64,000 nucleotides of DNA, from positions 184,367-248,366 of the forward strand of contig JASEFK010000001.1 of the NCBI GenBank assembly GCA_030019255.1, given 5' to 3'. Numbering within the stretch: the first letter of the stretch is position 1; the number at the start of each line of letters is the position of its first letter. The notes below the pieces were generated by a model. It ran no database searches. It was not told where the DNA came from and saw only the letters and a list, made by a program, of their open reading frames with translations. Positions 29,796-37,837 of the stretch are shown piece after piece. The position numbers and the translations under genes are program-made. Source of the DNA: Actinomycetota bacterium (GTDB taxonomy: Bacteria > Actinomycetota > Geothermincolia > Geothermincolales > RBG-13-55-18).

Positions 29796-30631
29796 AGGAA
29801 GGCCGCCCCCACCACCCCCGGGCCGGTGTGGCATCCCATGACCGGGGTGAACTGGGAAACGATGATCTCTCCCCTCGTCTCCGCCCCTTCCCGTATCATG
29901 TCCGCCAGCTGGTCCGCTTCCTCCGGGGCGGAAGCGTGGAAGACGGCGACGCGCAGGGGTCCCCGCCGCTCGTAGAACTCCCTAACCCGGGCGGCGATGA
30001 AGCGGCGGGCCTTGGCTGGTGAGCGCTTCCTGGAAACCAGCACGGCATCGCCGTCCTTGAAGCGGAACACGGGCTTGATGGAGAGCGCCTCGGCGGCCAG
30101 GGCGGTGATGGCCTTGACCCGCCCGCTCTTGCGCAGGAATTCGAAGGTGGAGATGTAGGCGAAGAGCTCGGCGGAGGCGCAGAGTTCTTGTCCTAGGCGC
30201 AGGCATTCCTCCAGCGGCTCGCCATGGCGGGCAGCGCGGGCGACCTCCAGGACGACCAGGCCCTGCGCCATGGCCGCGGTGCGGGAATCCAGCACCTCCA
30301 CCCTGGCATCATGAAAGGTCTCCGCCGCCAGGCGGGCGTTGTTGTAAGTAGCGCTCATGGTGGAGGAGATGGTCACTACGAGGATCCCGTCCGATCTCGA
30401 GGAAAGCTCGGCGAAGGCCTCGAGGAAAACACCCGGGGATACGGCGGAGGTGCTGGCCGGCTGGGATAGGCGGGGGAGAAGCTCGTAGAATTCCTGCGGG
30501 GTTATGTCCACGCCGTCCCGGTAGGAGGTGCCGTCTAGCTGGAGGGTGAAGGGGAGAACGGTGATGCCCAGTTCCTCCGCCATGGAGGCGGGGATGCAGG
30601 TCTGGCTATCTGTCACCACGGCCACGGTCAT
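29792..30631 (-). CDS. DegV family fatty-acid binding protein (FakB-like)
   Basis: 279 aa. VAVVTDSQTCIP N-terminus and the DegV fold pattern. Confidence 0.8.
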   Translation of the reverse strand: MTVAVVTDSQTCIPASMAEELGITVLPFTLQLDGTSYRDGVDITPQEFYELLPRLSQPASTSAVSPGVFLEAFAELSSRSDGILVVTISSTMSATYNNARLAAETFHDARVEVLDSRTAAMAQGLVVLEVARAARHGEPLEECLRLGQELCASAELFAYISTFEFLRKSGRVKAITALAAEALSIKPVFRFKDGDAVLVSRKRSPAKARRFIAARVREFYERRGPLRVAVFHASAPEEADQLADMIREGAETRGEIIVSQFTPVMGCHTGPGVVGAAFL

Positions 30632-30872
30632 TTTGCGCCGCCTTCCTAGGGATAACGTCGGTTTGACGGTCTATAATACCTTAACAGACGAATAGCGGAC
30701 GCGGGAAGGCGAAAGGGGAAACCCGACCGGGAGCGGTGGGTTTGAGATAAGGCTCAAGTCGAGCGCAGGGCCGTGATGGAACGTGAAAGCTCCTGGCGGC
30801 CGGATGGCGATACCGGAGGGAACGCCGGGGGTGCGGCGGTTCGCCGGGTACCGGGGAGAGGGAGGTAAGACG

Positions 30873-31931
30873 ATGAGGCGGTGTGCGGGCTGTGGGGTGC
30901 CCGTCCTGGTAGGCAAGGAGCTGACCTGGCGGGAGAACGGGGTCGTCATCCAGACCAAGGATCCCGACCACCGTATGCTTTTCTACGAGTCGGAGAACCT
31001 GGACCAGCTCTTTCAGGGCATTGAGGAGATCATCGGGGTGCCCATCGGGCATATCGTCATCGAGAGCAAACGCCGGGAGGTCAGGGAATACGTGGAGAAG
31101 CTCATGCCCGCCCCGGTGAGGAAGATGGCCCGCTACGTGGGCCTTAAGGCCATGATACGGCGGCTCAGCGTCACCGGCATGGCCTACGGCTACGGCAACG
31201 TGCGCCTTTCGGGAAAGAGGTTGCGCTTCCGGGACGACGATTACGTGACCATGTTGATAAGCAACCCGCACTCCCTGTACTTCTTCTGCGGGGAGGGACT
31301 GGGGGCCTGGGAAGCTATCGACGGGCGCGAGAGCTGGGTGCGCTACGAGGAAGTGGCGCCCAACTCCTATGAAATCTCCATCAACATCGCCTCCCATCCC
31401 GTGGAGCTCGCGGAACGGCTGCAGCCGCCGCGCTACGCTTACCGGCCGGGGAAGGTGGACCTGCGAAGATGCCCTTCATGCGGGGTTCCCGCCGCGGTGG
31501 CCTCCTGCCGCTGGGATTCCATGACGGGGACCATCACCGATCCCTCCACGGGCAGGAGGATGGCCGTATTCGGTCCTGCTGGCCTGGAAGCGGTTTTCCT
31601 GGACCTGGAATCCGAGCTGGGAGAGGCCATCCCGGACACCATCATCGAGGCCCAGAGGAGGTTCACCGTGCGCACCCTGCGCCGGGAGGAGCTGGAGGGC
31701 GGCACCGAGGGCATCAGGGAGATGCTGGCCGTCCGTGGGCTGGGACTCCTCGAGGAGATCCGCTTGGGGGAGGAGGGATTGAGTCTCGTCCTGCACAACG
31801 CCTGCGTTCCCCTGCTCATGGCGGGGCTTTTCCAGGGAGCTTACGAGGTCATGGCCGGAAGGGAGGGCAGCCGGGTCGCCTGGAGCATGTCCGGCGAGGG
31901 GGACCTCGAGGTGCGGGTCAGTCCCGCCTGA
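30873..31931 (+). CDS. Zinc-ribbon / V4R-like domain protein with internal tandem duplication (paralog A)
   Basis: 353 aa from ATG 30873 (GGGAGGTAAG RBS). Two modules, each beginning RRC-x2-CGVP. Each module ends in a V4R-like segment (FFCGEGLGAWEAI..., NACVPLLMAGLFQGAYEV...). Paralogous to 52817-53977. Confidence 0.5.
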   Translation: MRRCAGCGVPVLVGKELTWRENGVVIQTKDPDHRMLFYESENLDQLFQGIEEIIGVPIGHIVIESKRREVREYVEKLMPAPVRKMARYVGLKAMIRRLSVTGMAYGYGNVRLSGKRLRFRDDDYVTMLISNPHSLYFFCGEGLGAWEAIDGRESWVRYEEVAPNSYEISINIASHPVELAERLQPPRYAYRPGKVDLRRCPSCGVPAAVASCRWDSMTGTITDPSTGRRMAVFGPAGLEAVFLDLESELGEAIPDTIIEAQRRFTVRTLRREELEGGTEGIREMLAVRGLGLLEEIRLGEEGLSLVLHNACVPLLMAGLFQGAYEVMAGREGSRVAWSMSGEGDLEVRVSPA

Positions 31932-32185
31932 GCCGCCAAAAGGGACCTTCGACTTCCCGGCGTCACCGTGGAGGCGTTCGTATTCCACTGAAACGGCATT
32001 TGAACTCGAGGCTGACCGTCGTTTTAATCCTCGAAAATAGGAAAAGTGAGCCTTTTCCGGAAAAACGGACTCCCCGAAAGGGCAATGGGAGGGCCAGTCG
32101 ACATTGGGCCCCGGGAGTGGGGCCAGCGCCGGTGTCCTGGAAGGCGTTTCCAGCTAACCTTCCTTGCGTGGCTGGGATATTGAGT

Positions 32186-32191
32186 TATAAT
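32186..32191 (+). promoter_or_regulatory. TATAAT -10 box 6 nt upstream of the ATG. Probable leaderless transcript.
   Basis: GAGTTATAATCTTCCCATG. The spacing makes the TSS coincide with the start codon. Confidence 0.4.
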
Positions 32192-32197
32192 CTTCCC

Positions 32198-32545
32198 ATG
32201 AGCGAGCACGAGGACCGTTCGCCGCTGGTGCTGAAGGTGGTCCTCCGGCAGGCGCTGGGTCGTCTGCGGGAGGAAGATTCCTCCCTGGCCCAGCTGGAGG
32301 CCCTGGCCGGGAACCTGGGATGGGAGGAGGTTTCCGGCCGGCTGGAGGAGGCCAGGAAGGATCTGGCGGAGGCGCAAAAGGACTTGCAGGAGGCGGTGGA
32401 GGCCGCCGTCCGCCTGCAGGTCCTGTCGGCCTATTCTCATCTACATGCCCACAACCACGAACATCCGGAGGGAACGGAAGGGGAACACAGTCACCCGCAC
32501 AGCCACGTCCACCAACACCCGCACGACCATCCCCACCGCCCGTGA
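32198..32545 (+). CDS. Small coiled-coil protein with His-rich C-terminal tail (putative metal binding)
   Basis: 115 aa. C-terminus HLHAHNHEHPEGTEGEHSHPHSHVHQHPHDHPH. Confidence 0.4.
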   Translation: MSEHEDRSPLVLKVVLRQALGRLREEDSSLAQLEALAGNLGWEEVSGRLEEARKDLAEAQKDLQEAVEAAVRLQVLSAYSHLHAHNHEHPEGTEGEHSHPHSHVHQHPHDHPHRP

Positions 32546-32698
32546 ACGTTATAAGCCCCCGTTTTGCCGGCCGGCATGGGGGTTTTTACCCGAATTTTCG
32601 CTTGCCGAATCGACGGAAGATCTAGGGAAGCCACCCCTGAAAAGGGTTACCCCCGCCATTTGCGCCCCTGGGCGTTAAGCCAGAATGTTGCGGATGGT

Positions 32699-35194
32699 TC
32701 AGCCGGCGGAGGACCCGCCCCCTCCGAAATCGCTGCCGGAGTGCCCGCCCTCGAAGACGCCGCCGGAGCCCTTGGAGGATGGCCGCGAGGATAACGTCCG
32801 CGTGAGGCTCCCGTTCATGGAGTCCAGGGTGCGGCCCAGGAGCACGGCCCCCCCTGCGGGATCGGTGGCGCTGAACCAGGTGGGGGGTTGTTCATGAAGG
32901 CCCTCGAACTTGCGCGCCCACTGCTCCACGACGCCCAGGACCAGGGCGTAGGGGAGGTTCTTCTCGAAATGTTCCGGCGTCATGTGCTCCGGCGCAGGCT
33001 TCTCCGCGGTGACCAGGTATTCCCTGAAGCCCATGGCTTCCCCGTAGGCTCGGGAACCGGCCCGCGAACGCCGGGGCATGGCCCATCCCACCGCCCAGAC
33101 GATTACGCCCGCGGGCGCGGGTGCCAGCGCGGGAACCCACAGCCATCCGGGGTCGAATAGGTGGGGAAGTAAGAAGTAAAGGGCAGCCGACAGGCCGAGG
33201 AATCCCCAGCCGATATGCATGTAAGTGCGCCGCAGCTTGGCCGGGTCGCGCGAGAAAAGCCCTCTGGCCAGAACCTCTTTGATGATGTCCTCCTTGAGGG
33301 CTTGGAGATGGGTGTGGAACTTGCCCTTAAGGTCGTCCTCCGTGACCCTGTCTCCCGACGCGAAGAGGTCGTTGAGTAACCGTTCCTCGTAGGGCAGAAG
33401 GCCGGTAGATTCCCTGTTGAGACGCTGGAACCCGAAGATGCGCCGGCGGATGATGCCCCTCCTCTCCTCCTCGAAGATGGTAAGGTGACCGCGCCTGGCA
33501 AGATCCACGATGGTGGCGGTGATGTCCGCCACGTCGGGACTCTGTCGCACCAGCATGCCCACCATGGCGGGGGACAGGCCCTCCGGAGGGTCGTAGCGCA
33601 CCACGTGGCCTCTCCGGCCCCCCGCCTCCCTGGCCTTCCTCCACCAGAGGGCGAGCATGACGGCCAGGGTGCCCAGCATGATGGCAGCCCCGGAGGCGAT
33701 GCCCACCGCGCCGGCGGAGCGCCGGTAGGCCCAGGGAACTGCCACCAGGCCCTTGGGGAAGGCCACGTCCAGGGTGAAGGTGGTGAAGGGCGGGACGTCC
33801 GCGGCCTCCCACCAAAGTAATCCGTCCTCCTTCCCGAGGTCGTACTTCCGCGGAGGGGCGTAGGGGTCCACGTTGACAGCCGTTTTCACCGCCTCCTGGT
33901 CCACGCCTTCGGGCAGCCTCACCGTGACCCGCGAGGAGGCGATGTTCGCCTCCCGGAAGCGGGAGACGGCGTTCCAGCGGAGGCGGTCGTATTCCGGGGC
34001 GAAGATGATGGCTCCACTGATCCGGTATTCGATTATCCATCCCAGGGTCTGGTCGGTGGCCTGGAAGGTGAGGTGCACTCTCCTTCCGCCGTCCGTGTCC
34101 TCCAACACCCAGGAGTCGGTATCCAGGGGATTTCCTTCCAGGTCATAGACCACGAAATCGCGTATGTGCACCTTCCCGTAGGTCCTGCCCTCCTCGAACG
34201 CCGCAACCCGGGTGGGGATGTCCCTGGTAAGGTAAGTGAAACTTCCCTGAAAACGCACCACCTGGGTCTCGCGGACGGTGAAGGTGGCGTCGGGATGCAC
34301 GGTGATGTCCACGTCGAAGCGCTCGAACTCCCAACTCCTGAGGTTCTCGGTAGGCTCCTCCTCGCCGGCGGCGGGTTCCTGGGAGGTGAAGCCGGCGCCG
34401 GTGAGGTCCATGATGCGCGACGGCCATGAGGCCGTGAACTCGTAGGAGGTCTGGCTCTCCAGCCCTTCCAGCTCGGCGACCGCTTGCCGGTCTCCCACCA
34501 CGCGCTTCTGGACCTGCCCCCTGTAATTGGCGGTCTTTACCTGCAGCTGGAGCTCTCCGGGAGAAACGGACGCGGGGAGCTCCACGGACACGGAGGACTC
34601 GAGTACCGGAGAGGAGCGTTCCACGGGCACTCCCGTCCAGTGCAGGAAGACCCGTTCCCCCTCCGCCTTAAGGGCTCCGGTAACGAGGTATTCGTAGATT
34701 ACGGTGACTGGTCCTTCCGAATTCGAGGGGTTGAACCACAGTATGACTCCGTTATCCTTCCGCTCCAGGTCCCAGAGTTCTTCCGGCAGGGGTTCGCCCC
34801 CTCCGTCCAGGACACGGGCGTCGACCACCCTGCCCAGCTTGGCGGGGACGGTGAGGCCCACCCATCCCGAGGGGTCCTCGAAGCGGTAGGTGACACGGTG
34901 CTGCACGAGCACCGTCCCGTCCGGCCGGACCTGGTAGCGGGAGTGGAAGGCATCGTAGGTGTAAACCGGCTGGGCGTGGGTGGCGGGCGGGAAGAACGCC
35001 GCCGCGTATGCCAGCAGGAAGAGGCCCAGGAACAAGGGCGGCAAAACAAAGCGTCCGGCGCGGTGACGCGAGGGAAGGCGGTGAACGGCATCAACTCCTC
35101 GGGCCGTGGCCGGCGAAGGCCGGTGGCCGGGGGTGAAAAAAGGCCTTCCGGGTCTGGCTGGGAGGCGAAAGGGCAAAACGCGCATGTCTTCCAC
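32699..35194 (-). CDS. DUF2207-family membrane protein with Gly/Ser-rich C-terminal tail
   Basis: About 800 aa. The true start is probably downstream of the track start. Signal peptide ...FLLAYAAAFFPPATHA. Two extracellular beta-rich repeats, TM segments, C-terminal ...GGHSGSDFGGGGSSAG. Confidence 0.65.
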   Translation of the reverse strand: MEDMRVLPFRLPARPGRPFFTPGHRPSPATARGVDAVHRLPSRHRAGRFVLPPLFLGLFLLAYAAAFFPPATHAQPVYTYDAFHSRYQVRPDGTVLVQHRVTYRFEDPSGWVGLTVPAKLGRVVDARVLDGGGEPLPEELWDLERKDNGVILWFNPSNSEGPVTVIYEYLVTGALKAEGERVFLHWTGVPVERSSPVLESSVSVELPASVSPGELQLQVKTANYRGQVQKRVVGDRQAVAELEGLESQTSYEFTASWPSRIMDLTGAGFTSQEPAAGEEEPTENLRSWEFERFDVDITVHPDATFTVRETQVVRFQGSFTYLTRDIPTRVAAFEEGRTYGKVHIRDFVVYDLEGNPLDTDSWVLEDTDGGRRVHLTFQATDQTLGWIIEYRISGAIIFAPEYDRLRWNAVSRFREANIASSRVTVRLPEGVDQEAVKTAVNVDPYAPPRKYDLGKEDGLLWWEAADVPPFTTFTLDVAFPKGLVAVPWAYRRSAGAVGIASGAAIMLGTLAVMLALWWRKAREAGGRRGHVVRYDPPEGLSPAMVGMLVRQSPDVADITATIVDLARRGHLTIFEEERRGIIRRRIFGFQRLNRESTGLLPYEERLLNDLFASGDRVTEDDLKGKFHTHLQALKEDIIKEVLARGLFSRDPAKLRRTYMHIGWGFLGLSAALYFLLPHLFDPGWLWVPALAPAPAGVIVWAVGWAMPRRSRAGSRAYGEAMGFREYLVTAEKPAPEHMTPEHFEKNLPYALVLGVVEQWARKFEGLHEQPPTWFSATDPAGGAVLLGRTLDSMNGSLTRTLSSRPSSKGSGGVFEGGHSGSDFGGGGSSAG

Positions 35195-35562
35195 TCCGAA
35201 ATTCGGGCACCTGCAGGTAATTTAAGCATAAAACGGGAGGCCTTTCACCCGTCTTCCCGGTCCGGGTTCACCGGGCTCATAATTTGTGTGCCAGGGTACC
35301 TCCCCAACCAACCGCATCCATTCCTCCGGCTCTAGCTTCCCGCTCGCGTCCTTTTGGACCGGCTGTCGATGGACCGTCGGGTCCATCCGTAAAAGCGGGC
35401 TCTCCTGCCATCCGGTCATGGACACCGGGGGAACCCGCCTTTCCTTCCTCCGGAACGGGCAAAGCATTTAGGGTTTCGCGCCCTGTCCATCCGCGGGCCG
35501 GGGAAGGTATCGGGGATTGCGCCCAGGGAGAGACGGCCGCACACGAAGCATGGAGGGCGGGA

Positions 35563-35571
35563 TGGTAAAAT
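35563..35571 (+). promoter_or_regulatory. Extended -10-like element TGGTAAAAT
   Basis: Third copy of the same 9-mer. Followed by a ~260-nt purine-rich leader before the MBL gene. Confidence 0.3.
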
Positions 35572-35843
35572 TCATATGCTATAAAGATTTATCCATCCCG
35601 GGAGGGCAGGATGGGGAAAGGAGTCAAGCACGCGGGAACGGGACGTGCCAAGGCCCGGCGCGGGAGGAGGGAGCACGCGGCCGCTGGGGGGTCCACAAGC
35701 CGAAAAGCACTCCTTACGCCGGGACGGATGGAGATAAGGCGGGTCGAGGCGGGCTCAGGTGGATAAGGAGGGGCGGCGACGTATCAGAGGAGGGAAAGGA
35801 GCAGACGCCGCAAGGAGGTGCGCGACGAGGAAAGGGGACGACC

Positions 35844-36689
35844 ATGCGGGAGATCAGAATCTGGGTGCTTTCCGACAACACGGCGGCGCCGCCGGTTTTC
35901 GAGGCGGAGCACGGGCTTTCCCTGCTGGTGGAGGTGGAGGGAAGGAAGTTCCTTCTGGACGCGGGCCAAGGGGAGGCGGCGCGGCGGAACGCAGACCGCC
36001 TGGGCCTGGACCTGCGCGGCGTGGAGGCGGTGGTTCTATCCCACGGCCACTACGACCACACGGCGGGGCTGCCCTTTATACTCCAGCGCACGGGGCCGAA
36101 GAGGGTGATCTGCCACCCCCGGGCCCTGGATGCCAAGTATTTCCAGAAGGGGGACCTCAAGCGCTACATCGGTATCCCCTGGAGAAGGGATTTCCTGGAG
36201 AGCGCGGGAGCGCTCTGGGAGGAGAACAGCGGGCCGCTGGAGTTGGCGGAAGGCGTGTGGGTAACCGGGGAGATACCCCGGCGTACGGATTTCGAGCCCG
36301 GCGACCAGGACCTGAAATGCGAGCGGGAAGGCGAGCTGGTCGCGGATCCCTTCCTGGACGACCAGGGAATGGTGGTGGACGCGGGCGAGGGCTTGGTGGT
36401 TGTCCTGGGGTGCGCCCATGCCGGGGCGGTGAACACCTGTCTTTACGCCCGCGAGATCGCCGGAAAGGAGAGGATCCTGGCCGTGGTGGGAGGCTCGCAC
36501 TTGTCCTTCCTGGGAAAGGACCAGCTGGAGGCCACCATAAGGGCTTTACGGGACATGGACCCCCAGCGGCTGGCCTTCTCCCACTGCACGGGGCAGGAGG
36601 CGTCCTGCCGGTTATCTGCCGCCTTCGGCTCGCGTTTTGTCTTCAGCCCAGCGGGGACCTGCATCAGGCTGGATTCCTCCCTTGCCTGA
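35844..36689 (+). CDS. MBL-fold metallo-hydrolase
   Basis: About 281 aa from ATG 35844 (AAAGGGGA RBS). HGHYDH motif and downstream His/Asp ligands. Confidence 0.8.
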   Translation: MREIRIWVLSDNTAAPPVFEAEHGLSLLVEVEGRKFLLDAGQGEAARRNADRLGLDLRGVEAVVLSHGHYDHTAGLPFILQRTGPKRVICHPRALDAKYFQKGDLKRYIGIPWRRDFLESAGALWEENSGPLELAEGVWVTGEIPRRTDFEPGDQDLKCEREGELVADPFLDDQGMVVDAGEGLVVVLGCAHAGAVNTCLYAREIAGKERILAVVGGSHLSFLGKDQLEATIRALRDMDPQRLAFSHCTGQEASCRLSAAFGSRFVFSPAGTCIRLDSSLA

Positions 36690-36813
36690 ACGCCTCACGC
36701 CTCCGTTCCCGGCATCCGAACCGCTCCGTGGGGTCGGACATCCCATTTTTGCACTCCGCGAGATGTTCTCCGAGGCGGGGACCTGCATCAGGCTGGATTC
36801 CTCCCTCGCCTGA
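36651..36813 (+). repeat. 39-bp direct repeat duplicating the MBL gene 3' end (copies at 36651-36689 and 36775-36813, 1 mismatch)
   Basis: GCGGGGACCTGCATCAGGCTGGATTCCTCCCT(T/C)GCCTGA occurs twice, 124 bp apart. The first copy includes the stop codon of the MBL gene. Confidence 0.8.
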
Positions 36814-37034
36814 GCCTTGGTTCGATCCTCGCTCCATGCAGCCGATTCCCTGCGTCGAAGCGGCACCGCCTGTTTCCGTCCTGGAAAGGTTATACTAATA
36901 CGGTCGGGATATTTGATTCCGTCGAGGGAAAGAAAGCCTTCCCGCGGGTGGAAACGGCGGGAGTCCTTCTCCGCCCGGGGAGGGAAAGGCAGTAAAGAGA
37001 GCCGTCACCAGGAGGGCGGACCGGAAGGAGGTAG

Positions 37035-37811
37035 GTGAAGTTGTACAAGGAGAAGTTTTCCCTGCAGGACAAGGTGGCCATCATCACCGGCGGGAGCCGC
37101 GGCATAGGGAAGGCCATCGCCGAGGGATTCGCCGAGATGGGGGCCAAGGTGGTGCTGGCCAGCCGGAAGGCGGAGGCCCTGGAAGAGGTGCGCAAGGGCA
37201 TCCTGGAGAGGGGAGGGGAGGCCCACGTTATCCCCACCCACATGGGGGACCTGGAGGGCATCGAGAGGCTGGTCCAGGGTACTCTGGAAAAATATGGTAC
37301 CATAGACATACTGGTGAACAACGCCGCCACCAACCCCGTTTTCTGCAGCACGGCGGAGATAGAGGAGGGCGCCTGGAACAAGATCATGGACGTCAACGTC
37401 AAGGGGGTCTTCTTCCTCACCCAGAAGGTGGGCAAGGTGCTGTGTGAAAAGGGTTCGGGATCGGTGATCAACATCTCCTCCGAGGCGGGCTTCTGCCCCA
37501 CGCCCTTCCTGGGAGTTTATTCCATATCCAAGGCGGCGGTGAACATGCTCACCAAGGTCTTCGCCCAGGAATGGGGACCCAAGGGAGTGAGGGTGAACGC
37601 CATAGCGCCCGGGCTGGTGCGCACCCATTTCAGCCAGGCCTTGTGGGGCAACGAGGCCATCCTCAAGACCGCCCTGGCCTCCATCCCCCTGGGCAGGATA
37701 GCTGAGCCGGAGGAGATGGTGGGCCTGGCCATCTACCTGGCCTCCGACGCCTCCAGTTACGTGACCGGACAGGTCTTCCTCATCGACGGGGGCCGCGAGG
37801 TCTTCGCCTGA
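37035..37811 (+). CDS. SDR family oxidoreductase (3-oxoacyl-ACP reductase-like)
   Basis: 258 aa. GTG start with a GGAAGGAGG RBS. TGGSRGIGKAIA, NNAA and YSISKAA (YxxxK) motifs. Confidence 0.85.
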   Translation: MKLYKEKFSLQDKVAIITGGSRGIGKAIAEGFAEMGAKVVLASRKAEALEEVRKGILERGGEAHVIPTHMGDLEGIERLVQGTLEKYGTIDILVNNAATNPVFCSTAEIEEGAWNKIMDVNVKGVFFLTQKVGKVLCEKGSGSVINISSEAGFCPTPFLGVYSISKAAVNMLTKVFAQEWGPKGVRVNAIAPGLVRTHFSQALWGNEAILKTALASIPLGRIAEPEEMVGLAIYLASDASSYVTGQVFLIDGGREVFA

Positions 37812-37837
37812 TCCTCCCCGCTGGAACGGTAAAAAGA

